From: Candidatus Saccharimonadota bacterium
GTDB taxonomy: Archaea > Micrarchaeota > Micrarchaeia > Micrarchaeales > Micrarchaeaceae
Reading direction: 5' to 3'
Assembly (NCBI RefSeq): GCF_002214165.1
Contig: NZ_CP019964.1
Location: 330,001 to 362,000, forward strand
Length of the DNA: 32,000 nucleotides
The translations under genes were made by a program, and so were the position numbers. Below the pieces are notes generated by a model. The model made no database searches. It was given only the letters and a program-made list of their open reading frames with translations, and was not told the origin of the DNA. This document shows positions 1 to 9,236 of this stretch, one piece after another. The first letter of the stretch is position 1, and the number at the start of each line of letters is the position of its first letter.

Positions 1-1865
1 ACGAGATGCCCCAGGAGCTTAACACTGTAATAAAAAGAGACGAGAATGCAGGCTATAATGAGATATCAAAGTATTCTGCAAAGTTCAGGACATTGAAGTC
101 GACGCTCTACCAAAGGCCAATAGTAAAGAAATACAAGTTCGAGAGCCTTAAGGACCTTATAGAGCAGGCAGACTCTGTGAAGATCTATGACGAAGCCATT
201 GAGACTACAAAAGAGATGGAAAGGTACAATGCGATAATATCAAACGATGCAAAGGCGAAGAGCCTGGTGCAGAAGCTGCCGAAACTTGAAGTTGACCTGG
301 ATGCGCTCAACACCGATATAATAATATCCTATGCCGTTTTCAAGAATCACTCGGATAAGGCTTACCGCGCCAGCATGCAGAAATTCCTAAACGAGCTGAA
401 AGGAAAGCTGGGAGATTCGATAATAGTGGAGAACGAGAGCCTTTACCTTGTCGTGATAAAGAGGTCCGAAGAGGGTGTGTTCGGAAAGCTTGCAAGCAAC
501 TACAAGATGCTTGTCGAGGTAATACCCCATCTTGAAGGGACGGCGGAAGAGGCTGTAAAGGCGCTTGACAGTGATATAAAAAGTGCCGAGGAAAAGATAA
601 AGAAGCTGCAGAGCAGCATGAATGCAATGTCGGACCAATACTACGACTTGGTTGCCGCATTGGACGAGCAATTCGATATAGAATCACAGGAGCTAAGCAT
701 AATGAACAAGCTCGGAATCACAAAATACATGGTGATACTCGAGGGATGGATCGCAAAGAAGAGCCTTGGCAGCCTTGAGAAGATGCTTGACAAGGCCACT
801 TTCGGGAAATACATAATACAAGTCCTCAAGACAGATGAAGTGGCCCCTACAAAGATGGACAACAACAAGCACATAAGGATTTTCGAGTCGTTCGTGAAGT
901 TCTACTCTCTGCCGCAAAGCAACGAGATAGACCCGACTTTCCCATTCGCAATCGTATTTCCTATATTCTTCGGATTGATGGTGGGGGACGCAGGGTATGG
1001 AGCCATACTGCTGCTGCTCTCGCTTTTCCTTATGTGGAGGGTGAAGAAGCCTGCCAAAGTCCCCAAGAAAGAGAGCAAGATATCATCGTTCATACATTCT
1101 ATTGTGAGCGATAACGGGCTGGCCATGATAGCCAAGGGCATACTGCCTGGATCCATACTTGCGATAATATTCGGTATCCTGTTCAATGAGTACCTGGGAT
1201 TTTCGCTTCCATTCTACCAAGGATTCAACCTTGAGACAAACCTGTCTACAATGCTTGTCATAGCCGGATGGATAGGAGTTGTGATGGTTGCCGCGGGTAT
1301 GTTCTTCGGATTCATAAACGCTTTGATTGTAAACAACAAGAAACGTGCGGCTGGAAGGATTGGATGGATACTTATAGAGATAGGCATAGTGATGGTAGGG
1401 CTTATGCTGCTCCATTCCGGTGTAACCGAGCTTTCAACGCTTCCGGCGATGATATACTACGTGCTAATAGTGATAGGGCTTGGAATAGTCCTGTATTCTG
1501 AAGGAGGGGGATCGCTGATAGAGCTTCCTTCTCTGATAAGCAACGTGCTGTCATACATGAGGCTTATAGGGATATTGCTGTCAACAATAATACTCGCTGA
1601 GGTAATAGACCAGATATTCCTGAAATCGCTCTCGCAGTCAATACTGTTTGCAATAGTCGGTGTTATAATACTCTTGGTAGGGCAGATATTCACGATAGTG
1701 ATAGCCGCATTTGAGCCCGGCATACAAGGAGTGAGGCTTATATATGTAGAGTTTTTCTCAGGATTCTTCAAAGGGAACGGCATGCCGTTCAAGCCCTATC
1801 ACGGAGAAAGGGTGCACACCATAGGGCTTATAGGAGAGATGAATGAAAAGCTGGGAGGGGATTAG
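1..1865 (+). CDS. atpI: A-type (V-type) ATP synthase subunit I / a, 5' end probably truncated by the window edge
   Basis: The frame of ORF 6..1865 stays open back to base 3. A ~300-aa soluble helical N-part is followed by a multi-TM C-part. Motifs FFGLMVGDAGYG, NVLSYMRLIG (conserved Arg helix) and GVRLIYVEFF fit subunit I/a. Family members usually have a few tens more N-terminal residues. Confidence 0.9.
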   Translation, partial: EMPQELNTVIKRDENAGYNEISKYSAKFRTLKSTLYQRPIVKKYKFESLKDLIEQADSVKIYDEAIETTKEMERYNAIISNDAKAKSLVQKLPKLEVDLDALNTDIIISYAVFKNHSDKAYRASMQKFLNELKGKLGDSIIVENESLYLVVIKRSEEGVFGKLASNYKMLVEVIPHLEGTAEEAVKALDSDIKSAEEKIKKLQSSMNAMSDQYYDLVAALDEQFDIESQELSIMNKLGITKYMVILEGWIAKKSLGSLEKMLDKATFGKYIIQVLKTDEVAPTKMDNNKHIRIFESFVKFYSLPQSNEIDPTFPFAIVFPIFFGLMVGDAGYGAILLLLSLFLMWRVKKPAKVPKKESKISSFIHSIVSDNGLAMIAKGILPGSILAIIFGILFNEYLGFSLPFYQGFNLETNLSTMLVIAGWIGVVMVAAGMFFGFINALIVNNKKRAAGRIGWILIEIGIVMVGLMLLHSGVTELSTLPAMIYYVLIVIGLGIVLYSEGGGSLIELPSLISNVLSYMRLIGILLSTIILAEVIDQIFLKSLSQSILFAIVGVIILLVGQIFTIVIAAFEPGIQGVRLIYVEFFSGFFKGNGMPFKPYHGERVHTIGLIGEMNEKLGGD

Positions 1866-2512
1866 CTTATTATTGTGCCCTTGACATTATCAGGGTAGCG
1901 GGACAGGTCGTTCAAGTCATTGGTCACAACAACCTCTATATTGTTCTTCTCGCATATCTTTGCCGCTTCAGGATCGAATATATAGTTCATTCCGGGCATC
2001 CTCCTGCCACCTGTCAATTTGTAGAGCTCCTTGAAGCCCATCTTCTTAAGCATTCTTGCATCTTTGAACTTTGAAGGATCCTTATTGTATACTCCTTTCT
2101 CTTTTGATATGTTGAATACGACAGGGCTTCCGGTAGCGACAGCCGCATACGCCGCCCCCACATCGGTTGTCCATCCTGGCTTGTATCCTCCCGTAGCAAT
2201 GGATTTCGAATCGAGTTTAATCTTGCGCGGATCGCCCACGTAAAGCTTTGCTTTCAGGAAAATGGAGATTATGTAAGCGTTTATCTCGGTCGACCTTATC
2301 CCTATCCTGTGCAATCCCGTATCGTTTATCCCTATCTCCCTGCCGAATTCTATGTAGTCCCTGGCGAGCTTGCCTCCTCCAACAACTATCGCAAACCTTC
2401 TCCCGCTGTGGTTGATTATCTTTTTTAAGTCAATCAAGTGCTTGTAATCAGAGAACAAGTATGATCCGCCCAACGAGATCACAAAATTCCGGGAATTATC
2501 TAAAGTTGACAT
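1862..2512 (-). CDS. pyrH: uridylate (UMP) kinase, archaeal type
   Basis: Amino-acid-kinase family motifs VISLGGS, AIVVGGGKLARDY and GGYKPGWTTDVGAAYAA. Start placed at ATG 2512 (MSTLDNSRNF...). The 18 extra L-rich codons up to 2566 would overlap the speB stop. Confidence 0.85.
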   Translation of the reverse strand: MSTLDNSRNFVISLGGSYLFSDYKHLIDLKKIINHSGRRFAIVVGGGKLARDYIEFGREIGINDTGLHRIGIRSTEINAYIISIFLKAKLYVGDPRKIKLDSKSIATGGYKPGWTTDVGAAYAAVATGSPVVFNISKEKGVYNKDPSKFKDARMLKKMGFKELYKLTGGRRMPGMNYIFDPEAAKICEKNNIEVVVTNDLNDLSRYPDNVKGTIIS

Positions 2513-2540
2513 TGTAAATAATAAAAGCAGAAAATATATA

Positions 2541-3425
2541 TTACTTTTTATTTGCAACAAAAGCATATCCTAATGCAGTATAGATGAGCTTTGCCGCGAT
2601 GTAATTAGGTGCGGTAAATCCTGGTATAGGGCAAAGTTCCGTGAAGTCCATACCAATCACCTCCTTCTCTGGGAAAACCTTAGATAATATATTGGATATC
2701 TGCTTGTATCTCATCCCGTCTGGCTCTGGGGTACCAACGCTTGGCATCTCGGAAGGATCCATCACGTCCAGGTCGAACGTGAAGTAAAGCTTTTTCTTCG
2801 TACTTCTTATTATCATGTCTGCAATGGAATCGTCATCCATGCTATTGATGTCCTTCATGTAAAGTATATCTTTGTACTTCCTGTAATCCTCCTCGTCTAT
2901 GCTCCTCACACCAACGCTGTAGCAGCTATCGCACAGTTCCCTCGCACGTGCCATTACGCACGCATGCGAGTATTTGCTTCCCATAAAGGAATCCCTTGAA
3001 TCGGAGTGTGCATCAAAGTGCAGGACGCTGAATCCATCCTTTCCGTACTTATTTGAAACTGCCCGTAGGCTCCCGACCATTACCGTATGTTCCCCTCCTA
3101 TGACCAACGGTATCTTTTCGTCGTCCAGGAAATGCGACACTTCGGATTCTATTCTTTTTACCATATTTTCCGGTGAGCTGACATCAGGCAAAATCTCTTC
3201 TGTTGTATAAATGCCCATCCTGCTTATATCTTTTTCAAGGATCTCGCTGTAAAGCTCTATGTTCCTGCTTGCCTCTATTACCGCATGGGGCCCTTCCCTT
3301 GATCCCGACCTATAACTAGTTGTAGAGTCGTATGGTATCGGAATAGCCACAACCTTTGCCTTGTCATAGTCGCTTCCTTCCAATCCAAATAAATTATAAG
3401 GGGGCATCGAATTTAATATATCCAT
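2541..3425 (-). CDS. speB: agmatinase / ureohydrolase family
   Basis: 294-aa ORF with the Mn-binding arginase-family motifs GGEHTV, HFDAHSD and FDLDVMDPSEMPSVGTPEPDG. Confidence 0.85.
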   Translation of the reverse strand: MDILNSMPPYNLFGLEGSDYDKAKVVAIPIPYDSTTSYRSGSREGPHAVIEASRNIELYSEILEKDISRMGIYTTEEILPDVSSPENMVKRIESEVSHFLDDEKIPLVIGGEHTVMVGSLRAVSNKYGKDGFSVLHFDAHSDSRDSFMGSKYSHACVMARARELCDSCYSVGVRSIDEEDYRKYKDILYMKDINSMDDDSIADMIIRSTKKKLYFTFDLDVMDPSEMPSVGTPEPDGMRYKQISNILSKVFPEKEVIGMDFTELCPIPGFTAPNYIAAKLIYTALGYAFVANKK

Positions 3426-3479
3426 TTATTCACGATTTTGGCATTTAAAACTAAAAGCTCAAACAGGTCGGAACAAAAA

Positions 3480-3800
3480 TCATTCGTATTCTTTTGGAAG
3501 GTTAAGCTCTTTTCCCGAAGAGTCCAATAGCTTTTCAAGTGTTGTAACAACATTCCCGTCATTGTCGTATATGTAGGCAGGCTCTGGCTTCTCCTGCATA
3601 GTTTTTGCGTGATGTCCATCGCAGAAAGGCTTGTTCTTCGAAAGCCCGCACGCACACAGATATATCGAGTAAGACCCAATCTTCTCAAATTTCTCTTTTT
3701 CAGCATCGTCCTTGGGATTGCCGAGAAGTGTCTGTATAAAAGGCAGATCCTTAAGCTTCAAAACATACGGATGGTTCCTATCATGTCTTATGAATCTCAT
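3480..3800 (-). CDS. CDGSH-type iron-sulfur domain protein
   Basis: Exact CDGSH signature CACGLSKNKPFCDGHH. Start placed at ATG 3800 (MRFIRHD...). The alternative ATGs at 3851 and 3887 would overlap the upstream gene. Confidence 0.75.
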   Translation of the reverse strand: MRFIRHDRNHPYVLKLKDLPFIQTLLGNPKDDAEKEKFEKIGSYSIYLCACGLSKNKPFCDGHHAKTMQEKPEPAYIYDNDGNVVTTLEKLLDSSGKELNLPKEYE

Positions 3801-3840
3801 ATTATCATATATTGTTAGGTTTAAACGCTTAAAACTCTTT

Positions 3841-4440
3841 CTAATACTCATTTGAGGCAATATCCAATCCATTAATGCAAATATCATATACGTGGTTCCA
3901 GTTCTTGGCTATTACCACATTTTCGTTAATCTCTTCGGTTGGGTCCGCCTTGTTCCAGTACTGCTCCATAAGAATTCCCCTGCCTCCGTGTTCTGCGACC
4001 GCATTTATGCAGCTTACTCTGTCATCTACAAGTATATCGCAGTATTTGTACTTTTCGCTTGAGTCGCAGTGGACAAAATCATTATACACTATTTCATTAT
4101 GCTCAAGCCAACGCTTGACATTGCCAGTGTCACCGAAAGTAGCGGTTATTATCCGTATGTTGTAAAGCTCCGCGAGCTTCCTAATGACATCAGATGCCGC
4201 ATTGTCAACAGGTGCGATTTCATTCCATCTATCCCATGAATTTTCAAAGTACTCCTTTACCTTACCACCATCTATTTCCGGAAGGTTCTTTGCCATTTCA
4301 TAAAGCTTAAGGTCTTCCTTTGAAGCCTGAAATTTGTGCTCCGAATTGTAAAGTTCCAGTACCAAACCCACGGTATCGGCCAAAGTGCCATCTATATCTA
4401 TGCCTAGGGTTAACCTTTCATCCTGAATCATGCTAATCAA
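3841..4440 (-). CDS. HAD-superfamily 5'(3')-deoxyribonucleotidase-like (NT5C-type) phosphatase
   Basis: N-terminal DIDGTLAD (DxDxT nucleophile motif), ITATF, KRWLEHN and C-terminal DILVDDRV. Length and layout match NT5C-type nucleotidases. Confidence 0.7.
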   Translation of the reverse strand: MISMIQDERLTLGIDIDGTLADTVGLVLELYNSEHKFQASKEDLKLYEMAKNLPEIDGGKVKEYFENSWDRWNEIAPVDNAASDVIRKLAELYNIRIITATFGDTGNVKRWLEHNEIVYNDFVHCDSSEKYKYCDILVDDRVSCINAVAEHGGRGILMEQYWNKADPTEEINENVVIAKNWNHVYDICINGLDIASNEY

Positions 4441-4557
4441 TATAATGTTGTAAATTCACATATTTAAGTTTTTTTAAAGATGGCAAAATACAGCTGCAGC
4501 ACGGCCAAAGGCAAGATTTAAATATCTAAATAGCCGATAGTGAATTTAGTGGGTTTT

Positions 4558-5025
4558 ATGATAGGCAATACAATGACAAAGGACTACAATAACAGGGATA
4601 ACGAAACGCTTACATCAAAAGACAGCTACATCAACTTAAGGACCACTGTAAGAAAGGCTTACGAAGAAAGAAACAAGGTTGAACTTAATAAGCAGCTTGC
4701 TGAACGCACAAAAGTTTACTTAAAAGCGAAGAGCATAGCGGAGGATCTTGGGAAAACAGATTATATAGGGAGCTTGCCAAAAGGTTTATTCTTAAGAGGT
4801 ACGAAGTATAAGAGCTACAGGACAGATGACTTTGAGATAAAGCTGGATACCTCTACATATGAGATAACAATAAAGGACAGCAGGAGCAAGATAGTGTTTG
4901 AGGGAAAAGGCCTAAGTGCAATGGAGACAGATTTCTACAAGCCATCTGTGAAATTGAACAAGTTCCTTTCAAAGGCGATGGAATCAGCGAATTTGATAAG
5001 GCTAAAAAAGCAGCTCAAATACTAA
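4558..5025 (+). CDS. hypothetical protein (K/E-rich orphan)
   Basis: ORF only, with no motif recognised. TATA-like ATTTAAATAT at 4516-4525. The start could be GTG 4540 or 4549, or ATG 4558 or 4573. Confidence 0.5.
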   Translation: MIGNTMTKDYNNRDNETLTSKDSYINLRTTVRKAYEERNKVELNKQLAERTKVYLKAKSIAEDLGKTDYIGSLPKGLFLRGTKYKSYRTDDFEIKLDTSTYEITIKDSRSKIVFEGKGLSAMETDFYKPSVKLNKFLSKAMESANLIRLKKQLKY

Positions 5026-5026
5026 A

Positions 5027-5374
5027 TCAATCTGCAAGCTTTATGTGTATGCCCATAACTCCATATTCTTTTTCTTTATCCTCCGTATAATACTGCCTTG
5101 ACAATTTAATCTGGTCATCTATGCTTATATTTTCAGGATGCCCGAATTTTGATTTGTCAAAGTTCATGAACAGGTCCCTGAATGACCCGAATACAGAATA
5201 TCCAACAACCACCACCCTAAGCGACTCGGATTTATCCGGAAGCTTTCTGAACACTATTGCATCCCCTACATTCACCTTCCTGCGTTTTTCATCATAAAGC
5301 CTTACCTCTATCGATTTCCTTCCACCCTTAATTTTCTCAAATGGATCCTCATAAAGCGACATTTCATGTATCAT
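5027..5374 (-). CDS. ASCH (PUA-like) domain protein
   Basis: 115 aa. N-terminal FEKIKGGRKSIEVRLYDEKRRKVNVGDAIVF and C-terminal YGVMGIHIK match the ASCH beta-barrel pattern. Confidence 0.7.
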   Translation of the reverse strand: MIHEMSLYEDPFEKIKGGRKSIEVRLYDEKRRKVNVGDAIVFRKLPDKSESLRVVVVGYSVFGSFRDLFMNFDKSKFGHPENISIDDQIKLSRQYYTEDKEKEYGVMGIHIKLAD

Positions 5375-5538
5375 AAAGACACCTTACTGTTTTAACAAAA
5401 GCAATCCTTTGGAAAAGAATTTATATTTATACTGCTAATCCTTATCAATTCCTTATCCCCTAAATAATAATAACATTTATAAAGGTTAAATCCAAATTTC
5501 CAATTATTAAGGGCAGGTAATTAATCAAAGTGGTTAAC

Positions 5539-5988
5539 GTGTATTTCGTAGTAAAAGTGACCTCAGGCCAAGAAAAGATAGTGGCGAGTGTATTGCAGAA
5601 TAAGGCCTTAAAGTCGGATTTGCCTATTTACTCAATAGCAATAATAGAAGGCATGAGGGGTTATATAATCATGGAAGCGGAGGACGAATTGTCCGCCAGG
5701 AGTTTTATAAGCCGTGAAAGAAACGTGAAAGGCATATTGCCAAAGGCCTTGAGCAGCGAGGAGCTTAACAAGATGATAGCTGCAAACAACACAGCCGCGG
5801 AGATATATGTCGGCGACATAGTGGAGTTCTCGACCGGGCCATTCAAAGGCTATAAGGCAAAGGTAATAAAGGCCGATACTGTAAAGAGCGAGATAACAGT
5901 CGAGCTTATGGACGTTGTTGTACCAATACCTATAACTACAAAGATGAATACGGCTAAGGTAGTGCAGCATGTATCAGCTGAATCCTAA
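5539..5988 (+). CDS. spt5: transcription elongation factor Spt5 (archaeal NusG)
   Basis: NGN start (M)YFVVKVTSGQEKIVASVL and KOW motif GDIVEFSTGPFKGYKAKVIK. It lies immediately upstream of rpl11, as in most archaea. The start is GTG 5539 (best match to family N-termini) or GTG 5530. Confidence 0.9.
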   Translation: MYFVVKVTSGQEKIVASVLQNKALKSDLPIYSIAIIEGMRGYIIMEAEDELSARSFISRERNVKGILPKALSSEELNKMIAANNTAAEIYVGDIVEFSTGPFKGYKAKVIKADTVKSEITVELMDVVVPIPITTKMNTAKVVQHVSAES

Positions 5989-6010
5989 CATACTTAATAA
6001 GGTGTAATAA

Positions 6011-6478
6011 ATGGCAGAAGTAAAAATATCAGGTTTAATAGAAGGAGGAAAGGCAACAGCAGGACCACCTTTTGGGCCTGCATTAGGTCCATTGGGAGTA
6101 AATATAGGCGCAATAATCGCGGAGATTAATAAGCAGACCTCTGCTTATGCGGGAATAAAAGTTCCAATAACCGTAATAGTCGACAATGTGACTAAGGATT
6201 ACAGGATTGAAGTAGGATCTCCACCTACAAGTGCAATCATATTGAAAGAGCTTAAGCTGACTTCAGGGGCAAAGACAAAGGATGAGACTGTTGGAGATAT
6301 AACAATTGCGCAGTTAAAGAAGATAGCAAAATCAAAAGACGCCGTGCTCTACGGAAAATCCGAGAAAGAAAAGCTAAAGCAGGTAATTGGGACTTGCAAG
6401 AGCATGGGAGTGAAGGTTGAAGGCCAGGACCCGCGCGAAGTAATAAAGAAAATAGATTCCGGAGAAATAAAGGTTTGA
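6011..6478 (+). CDS. rpl11: 50S ribosomal protein uL11
   Basis: GPPFGPALGPLGVNIGAIIAEINKQT signature. AAGGTG SD-like element about 8 nt upstream of the ATG. Confidence 0.95.
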   Translation: MAEVKISGLIEGGKATAGPPFGPALGPLGVNIGAIIAEINKQTSAYAGIKVPITVIVDNVTKDYRIEVGSPPTSAIILKELKLTSGAKTKDETVGDITIAQLKKIAKSKDAVLYGKSEKEKLKQVIGTCKSMGVKVEGQDPREVIKKIDSGEIKV

Positions 6479-6500
6479 TCTCTTTTTTGTTTGTGTTATC

Positions 6501-6851
6501 ATGTCAATGATGGATTACTTTGTGCCACCAAAGGAACTTGTAGACCTTACTCCAGAAGAGGTAAAAGAGAGGATAAAGGGCGATTCCTATATGCTTGTTG
6601 ATGTAAGGACAGACTGGGAGTACAGGAATGGACACATCAAAGGCGCTGTATTGTACCCTCACGGAAGCGAGAAGAGATTTGTGGAGAAATTCGGTGTTCC
6701 GGACAATGTAATACTGGTGTGCAAGACAGGGCACAGGAGCAGGGCTTCTGCAAATGAGCTGGTAAGGCTTGGCGTCAAGAAAATATACCATTTGGAAGGA
6801 GGCATGGACAACTGGAGGAAAAACGGATTCGAGGAAGAATCGGGGGACTAA
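6501..6851 (+). CDS. single-domain rhodanese sulfurtransferase
   Basis: 116 aa with the active-site loop CKTGHRS (C-[RK]-x-G-x-R-[ST]) and the rhodanese pattern LVDVRTDWEY. Confidence 0.85.
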   Translation: MSMMDYFVPPKELVDLTPEEVKERIKGDSYMLVDVRTDWEYRNGHIKGAVLYPHGSEKRFVEKFGVPDNVILVCKTGHRSRASANELVRLGVKKIYHLEGGMDNWRKNGFEEESGD

Positions 6852-7039
6852 ATTACCACTATCTGTAATTCGGGCATTGCTCCCGGTTTACGATACAATC
6901 ATCATGGATGTATAGAACATAATGTAATTTATGTATGCAAACCGAACGTCTCCAATATTATGCTGGACAATAACCAATATAATAGTAATTGGAGGAATAT
7001 TTTATTGTATCTAAAGGTGATTTCATCCTCTCGAAGGAT

Positions 7040-7711
7040 ATGAAAACAATATATAGGCTGCTTAAGAAAAGATTCGGGTTCCTTAATTGGTGGCCAGGAG
7101 ATTCTGATTTTGAGATTCTTGTAGGGGCTATATTGACCCAGCAGACCTCATGGAAGAACGTGGAAAAGGCGGTTGCCAACTTAAAAGATGCACACATGCT
7201 TGATATATCTAAGATATCCGAGTGCGATATAGACTATTTGCAGCAGCTTGTGCATCCTGCAGGCTTTTACAGGCAGAAGGCAATAAGGCTCAAAGAGATA
7301 TGCTCAGCAATAATAAAAGATTACGATGGATTCGAAAATTTTCTTTCCTTAGACGCAAAAAACCTTAGAGAAAGCCTGCTTTCCATGAAGGGCATAGGAA
7401 GGGAGACAGCGGACTCGATAATACTTTATGCGTCAGGCAAGCCAGTATTTGTGGTAGATGCGTATACAAGGAGGATATTGGGAAGGGTTTATAGGCAGGA
7501 GGAGGCATACAGAAATATAGGCTATGACGAATTGCAGAAGGAGATAGAATCGGGAATAAAAAAAGATTTAGGATTATACAAGGATTTCCACGCGCAGATG
7601 GTGCAACTAGGAAAGGATTACTGCCTGAAGAAGCCGTTATGCACCAATTGCCCATTAAATGGGATATGCCTCTACAGCATTCACAACAATGGTGTGCATC
7701 CAAGCAAATGA
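7040..7711 (+). CDS. endonuclease III-related HhH-GPD DNA glycosylase family protein (COG2231-like)
   Basis: ILTQQTSW, helix-hairpin-helix GIGRETAD, Asp segment VVDAYTRRIL and a C-terminal 4Fe-4S loop CLKKPLCTNCPLNGIC (C-x6-C-x2-C-x5-C). ATG 7040 is preferred over TTG 6989. Confidence 0.8.
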   Translation: MKTIYRLLKKRFGFLNWWPGDSDFEILVGAILTQQTSWKNVEKAVANLKDAHMLDISKISECDIDYLQQLVHPAGFYRQKAIRLKEICSAIIKDYDGFENFLSLDAKNLRESLLSMKGIGRETADSIILYASGKPVFVVDAYTRRILGRVYRQEEAYRNIGYDELQKEIESGIKKDLGLYKDFHAQMVQLGKDYCLKKPLCTNCPLNGICLYSIHNNGVHPSK

Positions 7712-7814
7712 GTGGAAACATCCTGCTTATACTACAATTTAAAGCATTTTCGTTTGCTTATAAAAATCTATAAATATCTATTAAGCTGATTGTTATTGGT
7801 AAAGGTGCATTATA

Positions 7815-9236
7815 ATGAGTATAACTAAAAAAATGATTAAAAATGAAAAGGAATTCAAGGATTTCAAGGACGAGATGAAATCCACCATAACAAATTATCC
7901 TTCTATAATAAACGAAATAAGCAATTTTGTAAAAGATCTGAAGTACAATTCAGGAAACATAGCAAGCTATAAGCCTGGAAGCAGCTTTGGAAGCTTGACC
8001 CAGCAGGAGTATGAAAAAGCGATGAACATGCTTGAAAAGATGCAGTCATCCGCAATTTCAAAATCCAAGGAAGGGGTAGCGGAAGGGATAAAAGACCTGC
8101 AGGATTCCATAAAAGGTTATAATACCAATGACCCAAGCGAGTTCAAGAGATTCCTTAAAAGCAGCATAAGGGGCATATATGATGAAATCAATAATCTGCC
8201 AAACTCAAAGTCAGGTTTCAATGAGATAGTGGATATGTTGGGCAATGTAAATGAGGTTAATTTACTTGTCAAAAAATCAAATCCTGCAGGCGTGGGCAGT
8301 GTGCTGGCAAGCGCCATATCCGCGAGGAACCGCCGCATAAGGAAAGTGAATTCCCGGATTGAGGAAGGATTGAAGAAAATGGACCAGGTTAAAGTAGACT
8401 CCCTAACTGATATGATATCCAAATACTACAAGTTATATAGCGAAGTGGAAATATTAAGAAATACCTATAATGTATTGGCCCAGACAGGATCATCGGCAAA
8501 AGCGTCTTTGTATCTAAACAATATCAAGAAAAGTGACGCAGATCAGTTAATACCGCAGGATATGGCAATGGGAAATAAAAAGGATTCACCAAAGGAAAGC
8601 CAAGCTCCTGCAAAAGGTCCGAAAAGTAAAAGCACCCCAAGTACAAATACGGATACAAGCAAAGTAAATGCTAATAGTAGCGGCACCACCACAGGAAATG
8701 ACAGTGAATGGTATGATGGGACAATAAAATACATAAAGCTTAACGGAGGTGCATTGGACAGGATAAATGAAATTTCAAAGAAAGATAATGTAGATTATAT
8801 AAAAGGCCTAAAAGACAAGAGCCTGACATCCGGCCAGAAGTTTGATGTATGGAAAGCATTATTCCAAAATTGGTACGATACACAATACCCTTCCGAGAAG
8901 AAGAAGTTTGATGCAGCTGCAAATAGCGGTTTAACCAAAATAGATGGGTTGCAGCACATCAAAATAGAACAGAGCGATATAGAGGCAGTCTCAAAGGGTG
9001 GCGGGCGCAGCAAGGCGCTAGAGCTTATGAAAAAGGCGGTAGCGATAACGGTAATTGAGAGGCAGGCGGCAAATGGAAGTTTTGACAGAAACCTGCTCAC
9101 TGCTGTAGAAAACGCAGTGAAAAGCGGAGATTACTCCGAGAACAAGGACAAGGACCTATGGGAAAATATATTCAGAAACTACCTTTACAGCATAACGAAC
9201 GGAAAACAGACAAACAACACGCCACCTGCCCTATGA
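7815..9236 (+). CDS. hypothetical protein, 473 aa (helical N-domain / S-T-K-P-rich linker / W-Y-rich C-domain)
   Basis: Long ORF with AAGGTG 8 nt upstream of the ATG and TATA-like CTATAAATAT upstream. No TM segment, signal peptide or known motif recognised. Confidence 0.6.
   Translation: MSITKKMIKNEKEFKDFKDEMKSTITNYPSIINEISNFVKDLKYNSGNIASYKPGSSFGSLTQQEYEKAMNMLEKMQSSAISKSKEGVAEGIKDLQDSIKGYNTNDPSEFKRFLKSSIRGIYDEINNLPNSKSGFNEIVDMLGNVNEVNLLVKKSNPAGVGSVLASAISARNRRIRKVNSRIEEGLKKMDQVKVDSLTDMISKYYKLYSEVEILRNTYNVLAQTGSSAKASLYLNNIKKSDADQLIPQDMAMGNKKDSPKESQAPAKGPKSKSTPSTNTDTSKVNANSSGTTTGNDSEWYDGTIKYIKLNGGALDRINEISKKDNVDYIKGLKDKSLTSGQKFDVWKALFQNWYDTQYPSEKKKFDAAANSGLTKIDGLQHIKIEQSDIEAVSKGGGRSKALELMKKAVAITVIERQAANGSFDRNLLTAVENAVKSGDYSENKDKDLWENIFRNYLYSITNGKQTNNTPPAL

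Noticed and set aside
340-1792. A stack of 74-115-aa antisense and alternate-frame ORFs inside atpI (for example 340-687, 1083-1415 and 1457-1792).
   Set aside because: They lie entirely within a well-supported CDS. They are rich in S/L/P/C/R, as expected for mirror frames, and have no start context or motif.
2513-2566. An 18-codon N-terminal extension of the pyrH ORF (MLLLQIKSNIYFLLLLFT).
   Set aside because: It is an L/F-rich read-through of AT-rich promoter DNA and would overlap the speB stop. The family N-terminus aligns with the ATG at 2512.
6897-6907. A C-box-like ATGATGA on the minus strand in the rhodanese/EndoIII spacer (possible C/D box sRNA).
   Set aside because: There is no CTGA D or D' box within about 70 nt downstream, and no terminal stem.
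7321-7335. GGATTCGAAAA, resembling the complement of a tRNA T-arm.
   Set aside because: It is inside the EndoIII-like CDS (YDGFENF). No acceptor, D or anticodon arms can be drawn around it.
9158-9232. The upstream part of the 69-aa ORF 9158-9367, which overlaps the end of the 473-aa gene in another frame.
   Set aside because: Only the portion from the ATGA-coupled ATG at 9233 lies outside the larger CDS and has a plausible initiation mechanism.
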